Below, one piece after another: positions 55,228 to 62,734 of a stretch of 64,000 nt of DNA. Every line of letters starts with the position of its first letter. Position 1 is the stretch's first letter. A model generated the notes under the pieces. The model worked only from the letters and a program-made list of their open reading frames with translations. It searched no databases and was not told the origin of the DNA. Made by a program: the position numbers and the translations under genes. Where the stretch lies: sequence record NC_026927.1; one strand, given 5' to 3'.

Positions 55228-56481
55228 ATGACCCTCACTCTCCGCCCCCACCAACTAGAAGCACTTCAGGTGATGGCTGAGACTCGTCTTGGTCAGATAT
55301 TAGTTCCTACTGGTGGTGGTAAGACCCTTATCGCTATCATGGACGTTGTGAGGACTCTGGAGAACGCAGGAACCCCTCAGACCATCGTTGTGGTGGCACC
55401 TAGGATATTGTTAGCCCAGCAACTCTGTAGTGAGTATATGGAGGTTCTGAGTGATAGGTTCGCCAACGTTATCCCCGCCCATATCCATTCAGGTCATACA
55501 CCCCACTTCTCTACCACTAACATTCAGAAGATTCATCTCTTTGAGAAGATGATGGATACCGCCAACCTCCACCGCATATATTTCACCACATACAACTCAC
55601 TTCCACGTTTAGCAGAAGCAGGTGTGAGTGTCGATACTATTATGTTTGATGAGGCACATAACTCTACTCGTAATGACTTCTATCCCGCTACCAAGTATTT
55701 CTCACAGACCGCTAGTCGTTGTTACTACTTTACAGCAACTCCCCGTCACTCTGTAACATCCAAGAGACACGGAATGAACGAGTCTGATGTATATGGTCAG
55801 GTCATCTATAATGTTCCCGCTCCTACACTTGTACAGGGTGGGTTCATCATCCCCCCACAGGTTCGTGTTAAAGAGATGGAGTTTGTAGCTAAACATGAAC
55901 TCATCTCACAGCGTGATACAAACCACCTCATCTCCTGTATTGATGACAACCACACGAGCAAAGTTCTAGTTTGTGCTAAGTCAGTCAAACAGATCATGCG
56001 TATGTTTAGTGAGACCGATATCAGCCAACAACTTGATGATCGTGGTTTCTCCTATATGTACATCTCAGCTAAGACTGGTGGTGTTATCAATGGTAAGAAA
56101 GTATCACGTACTATGTTCTTCGATACTCTAAACGAGTGGGGTAAGGATAACAACAAGAAGTTCATTGTACTTCATCATTCTATTCTCTCTGAGGGTATCA
56201 ATGTAAGTGGTCTAGAGTCCGCTATCTTCTTACGTACTATGGATCATATCACTATCAGTCAAACGATTGGAAGAGTAATAAGATTACATAAGGATGATGC
56301 CCAAGGTATGAGAGATGGTTCGATTCGCCCTGGTGACTTATCATCCTATACTAAGTCCTTTGGTTTGTGTATTGTTCCAGTTTATTCGAAGACACAACAA
56401 ACAGTTGCCAAGTCTCTTCAGGCAGTTGTTAATACCGTCTTTGTGGAAGGTGAAGCAGCAACCACAGTTGTGAGGCGTTAG
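55228..56481 (+). CDS. SF2 DEAH helicase (Res-like), paralog of 38392
   Basis: PTGGGKT, FDEAHN, FTATP, SILSEGINV, QTIGRVIR. Confidence 0.9.
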   Translation: MTLTLRPHQLEALQVMAETRLGQILVPTGGGKTLIAIMDVVRTLENAGTPQTIVVVAPRILLAQQLCSEYMEVLSDRFANVIPAHIHSGHTPHFSTTNIQKIHLFEKMMDTANLHRIYFTTYNSLPRLAEAGVSVDTIMFDEAHNSTRNDFYPATKYFSQTASRCYYFTATPRHSVTSKRHGMNESDVYGQVIYNVPAPTLVQGGFIIPPQVRVKEMEFVAKHELISQRDTNHLISCIDDNHTSKVLVCAKSVKQIMRMFSETDISQQLDDRGFSYMYISAKTGGVINGKKVSRTMFFDTLNEWGKDNNKKFIVLHHSILSEGINVSGLESAIFLRTMDHITISQTIGRVIRLHKDDAQGMRDGSIRPGDLSSYTKSFGLCIVPVYSKTQQTVAKSLQAVVNTVFVEGEAATTVVRR

Positions 56482-56482
56482 T

Positions 56483-56611
56483 ATGAATTATCAAAACCAA
56501 GCTCTTGTGATACTTCTAGGTCTAATGTTCATAGCTGGTATTAACGTACTTCACTATGAACAACAATGGCAATGTAGGATGCATCAAACCTATTGTTTTG
56601 TTTCTGAATAA
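56483..56611 (+). CDS. Small membrane protein, 42 aa
   Basis: Hand-translated MNYQNQALVILLGLMFIAGI; convergent overlap with GIY-YIG gene. Confidence 0.45.
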   Translation: MNYQNQALVILLGLMFIAGINVLHYEQQWQCRMHQTYCFVSE

Positions 56612-57300
56612 TACCATAGGTAACCCTTCCAACGCGAACCCCATTTGATAGAAGTACAGATACCTTTCCCACGATCCTCCTCATTAAAGGATCTCATCGC
56701 ATCACTAATAGAGTCAAAGACGGGAGTAACATGACCAGTCTTATGAACTCCATAGACTTGTTTCTTATTCTTAGCGTGTTTATGAATCCACCATTTGTAA
56801 CCATATGCCGAACCCTCTCTTGTGATACTTCTCCTGATATTTGATGGCCTACCATCCACAAACTCAGCGGCAGCAACCCAACCATGAAAGGTCTTAATCT
56901 TACCCGTTTCCAAGCACCTACACTTGATGACGTTCTTATCATGTTTCTTAGGTTTCTTCTTTCGTTGATAACCCCAACGCCTATCCCCTTTATGATATGA
57001 CTCTTTATTATTCAGCTTCCTGGTAGTATGTTCTAACACCAAATTGTTATACTCAGGGTTATACTTATTCATCCAATATTCCACTCGTTCAGTAAGCTTA
57101 TTCTCATTCACTTCTTCTAGTATACGTATAGTGAAGTCATCGGAGTTATAGTAAGATAAGGCATTCGACAGTGGAGTATTTTCCTCCTTATGATTTTCCA
57201 ATATCCCAGCCCAAACTTTATTCAGGGGAAGCGTATCATAACCGATGTATTTGTGAGAGGTTTGTCTATTCAAGATGATGTAGATGTTTGTGATGCTCAC
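56590..57300 (-). CDS. GIY-YIG homing endonuclease with NUMOD1-like C-terminal repeats
   Basis: NIYIILNRQTSHKYIG, FTIRILEE, E..W...YN; FHGWVAAAEF..GSAYGYKW and FDSISDAMR..WKGYLWYY. Confidence 0.8.
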   Translation of the reverse strand: MSITNIYIILNRQTSHKYIGYDTLPLNKVWAGILENHKEENTPLSNALSYYNSDDFTIRILEEVNENKLTERVEYWMNKYNPEYNNLVLEHTTRKLNNKESYHKGDRRWGYQRKKKPKKHDKNVIKCRCLETGKIKTFHGWVAAAEFVDGRPSNIRRSITREGSAYGYKWWIHKHAKNKKQVYGVHKTGHVTPVFDSISDAMRSFNEEDRGKGICTSIKWGSRWKGYLWYYSETKQ

Positions 57301-57385
57301 GGGAAATAGTCTCTATTCTGGTTGTATATATAAACATTATCTTTTTTTATCACATGTGCCTGTTTATCTCCCTTATGGATGTTAT

Positions 57386-57541
57386 AATAGAAAGGAAGAG
57401 ATCAATGTATATAACCAATGGAATTACCTAGGTAAGGATGAATAGAATAACCAATAGATTAACCTAGTAAGAAGTGATCTAATAGAAGGTAATCATATAG
57501 AGGAAGGTGAATAGAAAGCCCTATAGAAAGACCCAATAGAA
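57386..57541. repeat. AATAGAA heptamer cluster in long intergenic region
   Basis: Exact copies at 57386, 57441, 57481, 57510, 57535 plus 3 one/two-mismatch variants; palindrome TTACCTAGGTAA 57424-57435. Confidence 0.7.
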
Positions 57542-57614
57542 TGTAATCTAATCCATTGTAATCACCTATAGGATAGTATCATATAACGAGGTCTTTACAT
57601 CTCACTAAGCTCTT

Positions 57615-57673
57615 CCTAAACTCCACTGCCCGTTGAGCCTAAACCTCTCTGCCCGTTGCAACCTAAGCCCGTT
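57615..57673. repeat. ~23-bp tandem repeat (CCTAA..GCCCGTT x3)
   Basis: CCTAA at 57615/57638/57662; GCCCGTT at 57628/57651/57667. Confidence 0.7.
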
Positions 57674-57734
57674 ATAACACGGGACTTCGGAAAAGTCAAG
57701 GGATCTCCGAAAAACTTAATATTTCCGAGACACC

Positions 57735-57823
57735 CCAGACACCCACGGAACTGGCACAAACCCCCTTGGCAAACCCCCCGAAATGGCATATACTATATTC
57801 ATACAAACAAAGGGAACCGACCC
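57735..57823 (+). promoter_or_regulatory. Cassette copy 33 (degenerate left arm)
   Basis: CCAGACACC-CACGGA-ACTGGCACA; TTGGCA..TATACT. Confidence 0.85.
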
Positions 57824-58057
57824 ATGGAATTCATCCAAACTGACTACCCCGCTAACATGGCTCCCAATGTTATGGAGAGGAACTATGGTCGGGGTATCAT
57901 CCTGACTCAGGTCAATGAGGATGGTGTCATCCCATTCTCAGTATTCAATTTCAAAAAAGAGGATTGGAACTGGGGAGCTGACTACTACATGACCGAGCAT
58001 AACTTCTATACACTAGAGGAGGCAGAGGCGGTAGTGACTCAGCTCGTAGCCAGCTGA
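57824..58057 (+). CDS. Hypothetical protein
   Basis: Start refined to cassette ATG. Confidence 0.7.
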   Translation: MEFIQTDYPANMAPNVMERNYGRGIILTQVNEDGVIPFSVFNFKKEDWNWGADYYMTEHNFYTLEEAEAVVTQLVAS

Positions 58058-58131
58058 ACCACTGGCACATGGGGGCTAGGCACAGCCCCCTCTATACCCT
58101 ATACTATATTCATACACAAGGGAACCACCCC
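58046..58131 (+). promoter_or_regulatory. Cassette copy 34 (degenerate left arm)
   Basis: GTAGCCAGC-TGAACC-ACTGGCACA. Confidence 0.85.
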
Positions 58132-58290
58132 ATGACCAAAGCAACTCAGAGACCTTCCACCCAGAGCCGTTACACCAGTCAGGTAGCCCGGGACCGTAAG
58201 GCAGCAGCACTCCAGAGGGCAGAGGAGCGTCGCCTCACTGGCTCATGTGGAGAGGATCAGGTGAACCGCCTCTACACTGTGACACTCTGA
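58132..58290 (+). CDS. Small basic hypothetical protein, 52 aa
   Basis: Cassette ATG; ends ..YTVTL* in cassette 35. Confidence 0.65.
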   Translation: MTKATQRPSTQSRYTSQVARDRKAAALQRAEERRLTGSCGEDQVNRLYTVTL

Positions 58291-58361
58291 TAACTGGTAC
58301 ACAGGGGGTTGACAATACACCCCCATGGCTCTATACTACACTCATACACAGATCCAACCCC
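58278..58361 (+). promoter_or_regulatory. Cassette copy 35
   Basis: TGTGACACT-CTGATA-ACTGGTACA; TTGACA..TATACT. Confidence 0.88.
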
Positions 58362-58523
58362 ATGAACAGCCAACAGCATCTAGACTCCCTGGTATCCTCA
58401 CTAGCCCAGGACGGTTGCCAAGAGATCGCAGTTATCAAGCTCCCTTCCCAAGCGAAGAGGAACCACAAGACCCTGTTCAGCCCACCTAATAGAAAGGGAC
58501 CGCGGGCTAAGGTATCCGCCTAG
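58362..58523 (+). CDS. Small hypothetical protein, 53 aa
   Basis: Cassette ATG. Confidence 0.6.
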   Translation: MNSQQHLDSLVSSLAQDGCQEIAVIKLPSQAKRNHKTLFSPPNRKGPRAKVSA

Positions 58524-58966
58524 TCAGCCCACCGATACCCGTAGAGGATAGGGGCGGCGGAACCAAAGGGGATAGAGAACCGAGAGGCAACCTCCTCGAC
58601 GGTAACACCTCCCCCCCTATACAACTCCCTCATCTCTCGAGCTTTCTCTAAGGTCATCCCTTTCACGTTCCTCCCCTTCCTGATGTTGTCCCTCTGGCTC
58701 AGCCATTGAAGATTCTCCACTCTGTTATCGTATCCATCTCCATTGATATGATCGATCACATAGGAGGGATCAGGGCAGGGGGCTCCATACAGATCCATCA
58801 CCAGGCGATGAACTCTATGAGAACGGCTCTCACTAGTTACCACTCTCATGTATCCCCTTTGCTTCCACCCGATACACCGATGGCTCATCTCACTATACAC
58901 TGAGCCATCAGCACCCACGAGCAGGTGAGAGTCTTTCCATCTTCTCCTCATTCCATCTGAACACAC
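58520..58966 (-). CDS. HNH homing endonuclease (HNH_3-like) with C-terminal HTH
   Basis: RVHRLV, VIDHINGDGYDNRVENLQWLSQRDN; start may be ATG at 58951. Confidence 0.88.
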   Translation of the reverse strand: MCSDGMRRRWKDSHLLVGADGSVYSEMSHRCIGWKQRGYMRVVTSESRSHRVHRLVMDLYGAPCPDPSYVIDHINGDGYDNRVENLQWLSQRDNIRKGRNVKGMTLEKAREMRELYRGGGVTVEEVASRFSIPFGSAAPILYGYRWAD

Positions 58967-58986
58967 TACCCCCCATTATAACACAC

Positions 58987-59178
58987 ATGAACAACATCGA
59001 CAATCTCGCCATGGATCGTCTAGACCAATTGGCTTCCATGGTTATCCATCACACGGCGAATGGAAACGAATCACTCGCTGAACTCTGTGACCAGGAGGCA
59101 CGGGACCTACTGAACGAACTGGAATCCGAGGACTACACTTTCTGGGTAATGCAGGACCTCAGCGGGCTGGAAGCCTAG
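58987..59178 (+). CDS. Hypothetical protein
   Basis: Plausible acidic ORF. Confidence 0.55.
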   Translation: MNNIDNLAMDRLDQLASMVIHHTANGNESLAELCDQEARDLLNELESEDYTFWVMQDLSGLEA

Positions 59179-59400
59179 GGACAGGTTAGGGGGCTAACCG
59201 ACAGTCCCCCGTTTCGACAGTTGTTGGCGGCGGTACCCCGATACCCCCGGATCGCGATACCAAAAGCAATAGGGGACCCAACTCACAACCTACAAACGTT
59301 TCCCAGCGGGCTATAATTATCGATATCAATTTATTTTTCCCAGGTAGAAACCCCCCTACCCCCAATTTTTTTCCCAGGTAAAATTGTGCCACAAACCCCG

Positions 59401-59823
59401 CTAGGGGTTTCTCTTTGTATGAACTCCGAGATCCACCAAGTGTTTCCACACGGTCTTGAAGGGTCTCCCATACTCCTCCGATATCTCCCTGATACTCTTA
59501 CCTTCCCTATAGAGGTTTCCCCAGGTCTCCAAAACCTCCGAGCTAATACAATATCTTCTGTTTCTCTGTTGCGTAGTCGCCGACGCCCACCGGCAGTTAT
59601 CCTTTGTGTAACCTCGGTTATTGTCGATACGGTCCAGGGAGTAACCTTGAGGACACTCTCCCATATCTGATATAAAGTTTTCTACAGAGAACCAGAGAGG
59701 GTCTTCAATAACTATCCCCCGTTCATAGTATCTCTCTGAGAAGGGGGAGGTTGGTGAAGTCCTACTGAGCATGTGTCTCCATATCTTATACTCTCTGGTG
59801 TGGGACAGTCCGTGGGTCTTCAT
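59401..59823 (-). CDS. HNH homing-endonuclease-like protein with C-terminal HTH
   Basis: KTHGLS..EYKIWRHMLSR, YSLDRIDNNRGYTKDNCRWAS, GKSIREISEEYG. Confidence 0.88.
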   Translation of the reverse strand: MKTHGLSHTREYKIWRHMLSRTSPTSPFSERYYERGIVIEDPLWFSVENFISDMGECPQGYSLDRIDNNRGYTKDNCRWASATTQQRNRRYCISSEVLETWGNLYREGKSIREISEEYGRPFKTVWKHLVDLGVHTKRNP

Positions 59824-59904
59824 ATTATACTTACCTACACACTACCTATTATAACATAGAAAAGTGGTATAATGCTATATACAACAGTTGTTACCCCTAT
59901 ATGA

Positions 59905-60069
59905 ATGAAAAAGGAAAACACGTTTATCACTGAGTTACAAGAGAATGTCTCCACGGGAGATCTAATGGCTTCTATTCCCCCACAGGTCCTCTCAGAGATG
60001 GGATGGTATGAGGGCACAGAGTTACGTTGGGTCATCGATGGAAACGAGTTAGTTCTTATGGAGTCTTAG
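59905..60069 (+). CDS. AbrB/MazE/SpoVT-like DNA-binding protein, 54 aa, absent from ORF track
   Basis: Hand-translated ..GDLMASIPPQVLSEMGWYEGTELRWVIDGNELVLMES; TGGTATAAT at ~59864. Confidence 0.7.
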   Translation: MKKENTFITELQENVSTGDLMASIPPQVLSEMGWYEGTELRWVIDGNELVLMES

Positions 60070-60080
60070 AGACTAAAAAA

Positions 60081-60272
60081 ATGGCACAAAAAACATCCCT
60101 GTATCATATCTACGTCAACAAAGAGCCCATCTATGTCAATCTAGATGAGGATGATTTTAAGCGAGAATATAGTTACCTGTTGGGGTTTTTGGAGTTGACT
60201 AATCTAAAGAAAGATGCTACAATAGAGTATGAGGAATGTGAGACTATTCTTGGTTTAGAATCGTCTTACTAA
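60081..60272 (+). CDS. Hypothetical protein
   Basis: Start refined MAQKTSLYHIY. Confidence 0.65.
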   Translation: MAQKTSLYHIYVNKEPIYVNLDEDDFKREYSYLLGFLELTNLKKDATIEYEECETILGLESSY

Positions 60273-60313
60273 TCCTCTACATACTAGTATGAACACATTA
60301 ATGGAGTATTGAA

Positions 60314-61081
60314 ATGGCAAAGGGTTTCACCGTGAAGGCGAAGACACCCCCTAAAGGAACCGAAGCTAAAAAGGCATCGGAATGGGATTATGATAAGGCT
60401 AAGGAGATTATGCGTGGTAAGAGCGTAGTATTCTGTCTCCCTGGTCGTGGCGTTAGTTATACGTATCTAAAGAACTTCGTTCAACTATGCTTTGACTTAG
60501 TTCAAATGGGAGCTTCGATTCAGATCTCTCAAGACTACAGTTCAATGGTTAACTTTGCACGTTGTAAGTGCTTAGGTGCCAACGTCCTACGGGGTCCTGA
60601 TCAGATTCCATGGGATGGTCGACTTAAGTACGATTACCAACTCTGGATTGATAGTGATATCGTATTCAACACTGAGAAGTTCCTACAACTTGTTCTAATG
60701 GACAAGGACATCGCTTCTGGTTGGTATTGTACTGAAGACGGACGTACCTCCTCTGTAGCCCACTGGCTAGAGGAAGATGACTTTGCCAAGAATGGTGGTG
60801 TCATGAACCATGAGAACCTAGAAACAATGGCTAAGCGTAAGAAGCCTTTCACGGTTGATTACACTGGCTTCGGTTGGGTTCTTATCAAGAATGGTGTATT
60901 CGAACATCCTGAGATGAAGTATCCATGGTTCGCACCTAAGATGCAGATCTTTGAATCTGGTGATGTACAGGATATGTGTGGTGAAGACGTTAGCTTCTGT
61001 TTAGATGCTATCGAAGCTGGATTTGAGATCTGGTGCGACCCTCGTATCCGTGTTGGACATGAGAAGTCACGAGTGATCTAA
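60314..61081 (+). CDS. GT-A fold glycosyltransferase-like protein
   Basis: VVFCLPG, NFARCKCLG, YQLWIDSDIVF (DxD), GEDVSFC, DPRIRVGHEK. Confidence 0.8.
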   Translation: MAKGFTVKAKTPPKGTEAKKASEWDYDKAKEIMRGKSVVFCLPGRGVSYTYLKNFVQLCFDLVQMGASIQISQDYSSMVNFARCKCLGANVLRGPDQIPWDGRLKYDYQLWIDSDIVFNTEKFLQLVLMDKDIASGWYCTEDGRTSSVAHWLEEDDFAKNGGVMNHENLETMAKRKKPFTVDYTGFGWVLIKNGVFEHPEMKYPWFAPKMQIFESGDVQDMCGEDVSFCLDAIEAGFEIWCDPRIRVGHEKSRVI

Positions 61082-61245
61082 TGGACCACTTGTATGATAT
61101 AATCATAGAAGGTCAGGTAGTTCATAAGGGAGTATGTGAAGAGGAGTTTCTAGACCTTATGGATATCTTCTCTTCCAACTATTATGAATGTGGGTTCCCC
61201 CACCCTGACACCATCTCACACAAAATGTATAGTAAGGAGAACTAA
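61081..61245 (+). CDS. Small hypothetical protein, 54 aa
   Basis: Hand-translated MDHLYDIIIEG..EEEFLDLMD. Confidence 0.6.
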   Translation: MDHLYDIIIEGQVVHKGVCEEEFLDLMDIFSSNYYECGFPHPDTISHKMYSKEN

Positions 61246-61376
61246 TGTACGGAAACACTAAGACTCAGGATGCGGCAAGACCTAAGAGAACCTCTCAAGG
61301 TCGTTCAGCAAACACTAAGATGAGTGCTACCTCACGAAACTCTCGTAAGAAGCGCTACAAAGGTCAGGGGAAGTGA
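61245..61376 (+). CDS. Small basic protein, 43 aa
   Basis: PKRTSQG..TKMSATSRNSRKKRYKGQGK. Confidence 0.65.
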   Translation: MYGNTKTQDAARPKRTSQGRSANTKMSATSRNSRKKRYKGQGK

Positions 61377-61834
61377 TCCACTACGGACACTTATCTAATG
61401 GTAGGATGTCTCCAAAGAATGTTTTGGAGCGTCTTATCATTAACTCTGTTGGTGAAACTGATGAAGAGTGTTGGGAGACCACACTAAAAAGTGGTGGTGG
61501 TTTCGGGCACACAAGAATAAGGTTAGATGATGGAACTAGAATGATGGTACATCGTCTTTCGTGGGAAGCACATAACGCTGAACCTATTCCTGATGGGATG
61601 TTAGTATTACATAAGTGTGATAATCCTAAATGTTTCAATCCTCATCATCTATTCTTAGGGACACAAACAGACAATATGAGAGATAAGGTAGATAAGGGTA
61701 GAGCAAACTTCTACTCTAAACTAACCCCAGAGCAGAGAGTTCTTATTAGACACTCTACAGAGGATAATAAGACACTCTCACGAAAGTTTGGAGTTACTAC
61801 CGCTCGTATTAGACAACTAAAACAAGGTAGATAA
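61373..61834 (+). CDS. HNH homing endonuclease
   Basis: ECW, VHRLSW, VLHKCDNPKCFNPHHLFLGTQTDNMRDKVDKGR. Confidence 0.9.
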   Translation: MIHYGHLSNGRMSPKNVLERLIINSVGETDEECWETTLKSGGGFGHTRIRLDDGTRMMVHRLSWEAHNAEPIPDGMLVLHKCDNPKCFNPHHLFLGTQTDNMRDKVDKGRANFYSKLTPEQRVLIRHSTEDNKTLSRKFGVTTARIRQLKQGR

Positions 61835-61886
61835 GATATCTAACCACCTCTAAATACTAGGGGTGGTTTTTTAGTGCTATTTCTTT

Positions 61887-62495
61887 ATGGAAGTGTTGCA
61901 TGAGTTTTTGAATGTACATCCAGATGACATGTGGGTGTATAATAAACTACAACTTTGTCGTAAGTTGGAGTATATCTGTGGACCTCTAGGGGCACCAGTA
62001 CCCTTTCCTGGTTGGTATATCCTTAAGCCTGCTATAAACTTCCTTGGTATGGGAAGGAACTCAAGAAAGATATGGTTAACTCCTGAAGATAAGACAGAAA
62101 ACTTTGGAATACCGGGTGAGTTTTGGTCTGAGTTCTTTGTAGGGGAACATATTAGTATAGATTATCACAAAAGACATCAGATATTAACTGTCAAGGGATA
62201 CCCAGAGGATAAGAAACACATCTCTGAGTGCTCTAGATGGAAGAAGTGGACTAAAGTTGATAGAGAAGTACCATTCCCAGAAGTATTAGGGGATGTATGG
62301 AGGAACTATGCTACTATTAACATTGAATGCATTGGTGGGAATATGATTGAAGCCCATGTTAGGGGTAACCCTGACTTTGTTTGGGGTAATGAAGAGGCTA
62401 TTCCAGTGTGGAAAGGTGATAGAATAGATCCACCGGATGGTTATACATATGTCAAGAGTCCAGATTACGAAAGAGTTGGGTTCTACATCAAGTAA
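61887..62495 (+). CDS. Hypothetical protein, possibly ATP-grasp-like
   Basis: YILKPAINFLGMG, FWSEFFVGEHISIDY, NIECIGGNMIE; CTAAATA upstream. Confidence 0.55.
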   Translation: MEVLHEFLNVHPDDMWVYNKLQLCRKLEYICGPLGAPVPFPGWYILKPAINFLGMGRNSRKIWLTPEDKTENFGIPGEFWSEFFVGEHISIDYHKRHQILTVKGYPEDKKHISECSRWKKWTKVDREVPFPEVLGDVWRNYATINIECIGGNMIEAHVRGNPDFVWGNEEAIPVWKGDRIDPPDGYTYVKSPDYERVGFYIK

Positions 62496-62562
62496 ATAAA
62501 GTATCAGGGGATAGAAACCCCCTTAAAAGTTCTATAACTGTTGTTTTTAGGACTATAGTACT

Positions 62563-62700
62563 ATGGGAAGACCAGTAGATCGTTCAGAAGGAGTTCTTTT
62601 AGTCACCGATTATGGTGCTCTTGAGTGGGCATTGAAGAAAAAGAAGGAAATGTCTAAGAGATGTCCGTCATGTTCTTGTCAGACAAAGGCAACTTCCTGA
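62563..62700 (+). CDS. Small hypothetical protein, 45 aa
   Basis: Hand-translated MGRPVDRSEGVLLVTDYG. Confidence 0.45.
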   Translation: MGRPVDRSEGVLLVTDYGALEWALKKKKEMSKRCPSCSCQTKATS

Positions 62701-62707
62701 TAATACA

Positions 62708-62724
62708 CTAAATACAACTAAATA
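62708..62724 (+). promoter_or_regulatory. Tandem late promoter-like CTAAATA x2
   Basis: 62708-62714 and 62718-62724 upstream of gp25. Confidence 0.65.
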
Positions 62725-62734
62725 CGCAACAATA

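Larger units (their letters stand above)
27223..58361 (+). repeat. Dispersed array of 35 promoter cassettes (palindrome + sigma70 promoter + leader)
   Basis: Consensus TGTGACAGT-N6-A[C/G]TGGCACA-N7-T[A/T]GGCA-N17-TATACT-ATATTCATACCAAAGGAACC-ATG; copies listed individually. Confidence 0.95.

Noticed and set aside
36344-58290. Long ORF-track starts running through cassettes (e.g. 38221, 40668, 42615, 43281, 49650, 53073, 57656)
   Set aside because: The extensions translate the repeat itself (KWH..CYTIFIPK); true starts are the ATG after the cassette RBS
27223-58361. CRISPR array
   Set aside because: Repeats are ~80 bp, variable, and separated by 95 bp to 3.6 kb of coding sequence; no cas genes
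27223-58361. Classical integron
   Set aside because: No integrase gene or GTTRRRY-type attC cores in the window; each unit has its own promoter. Kept only as an analogy
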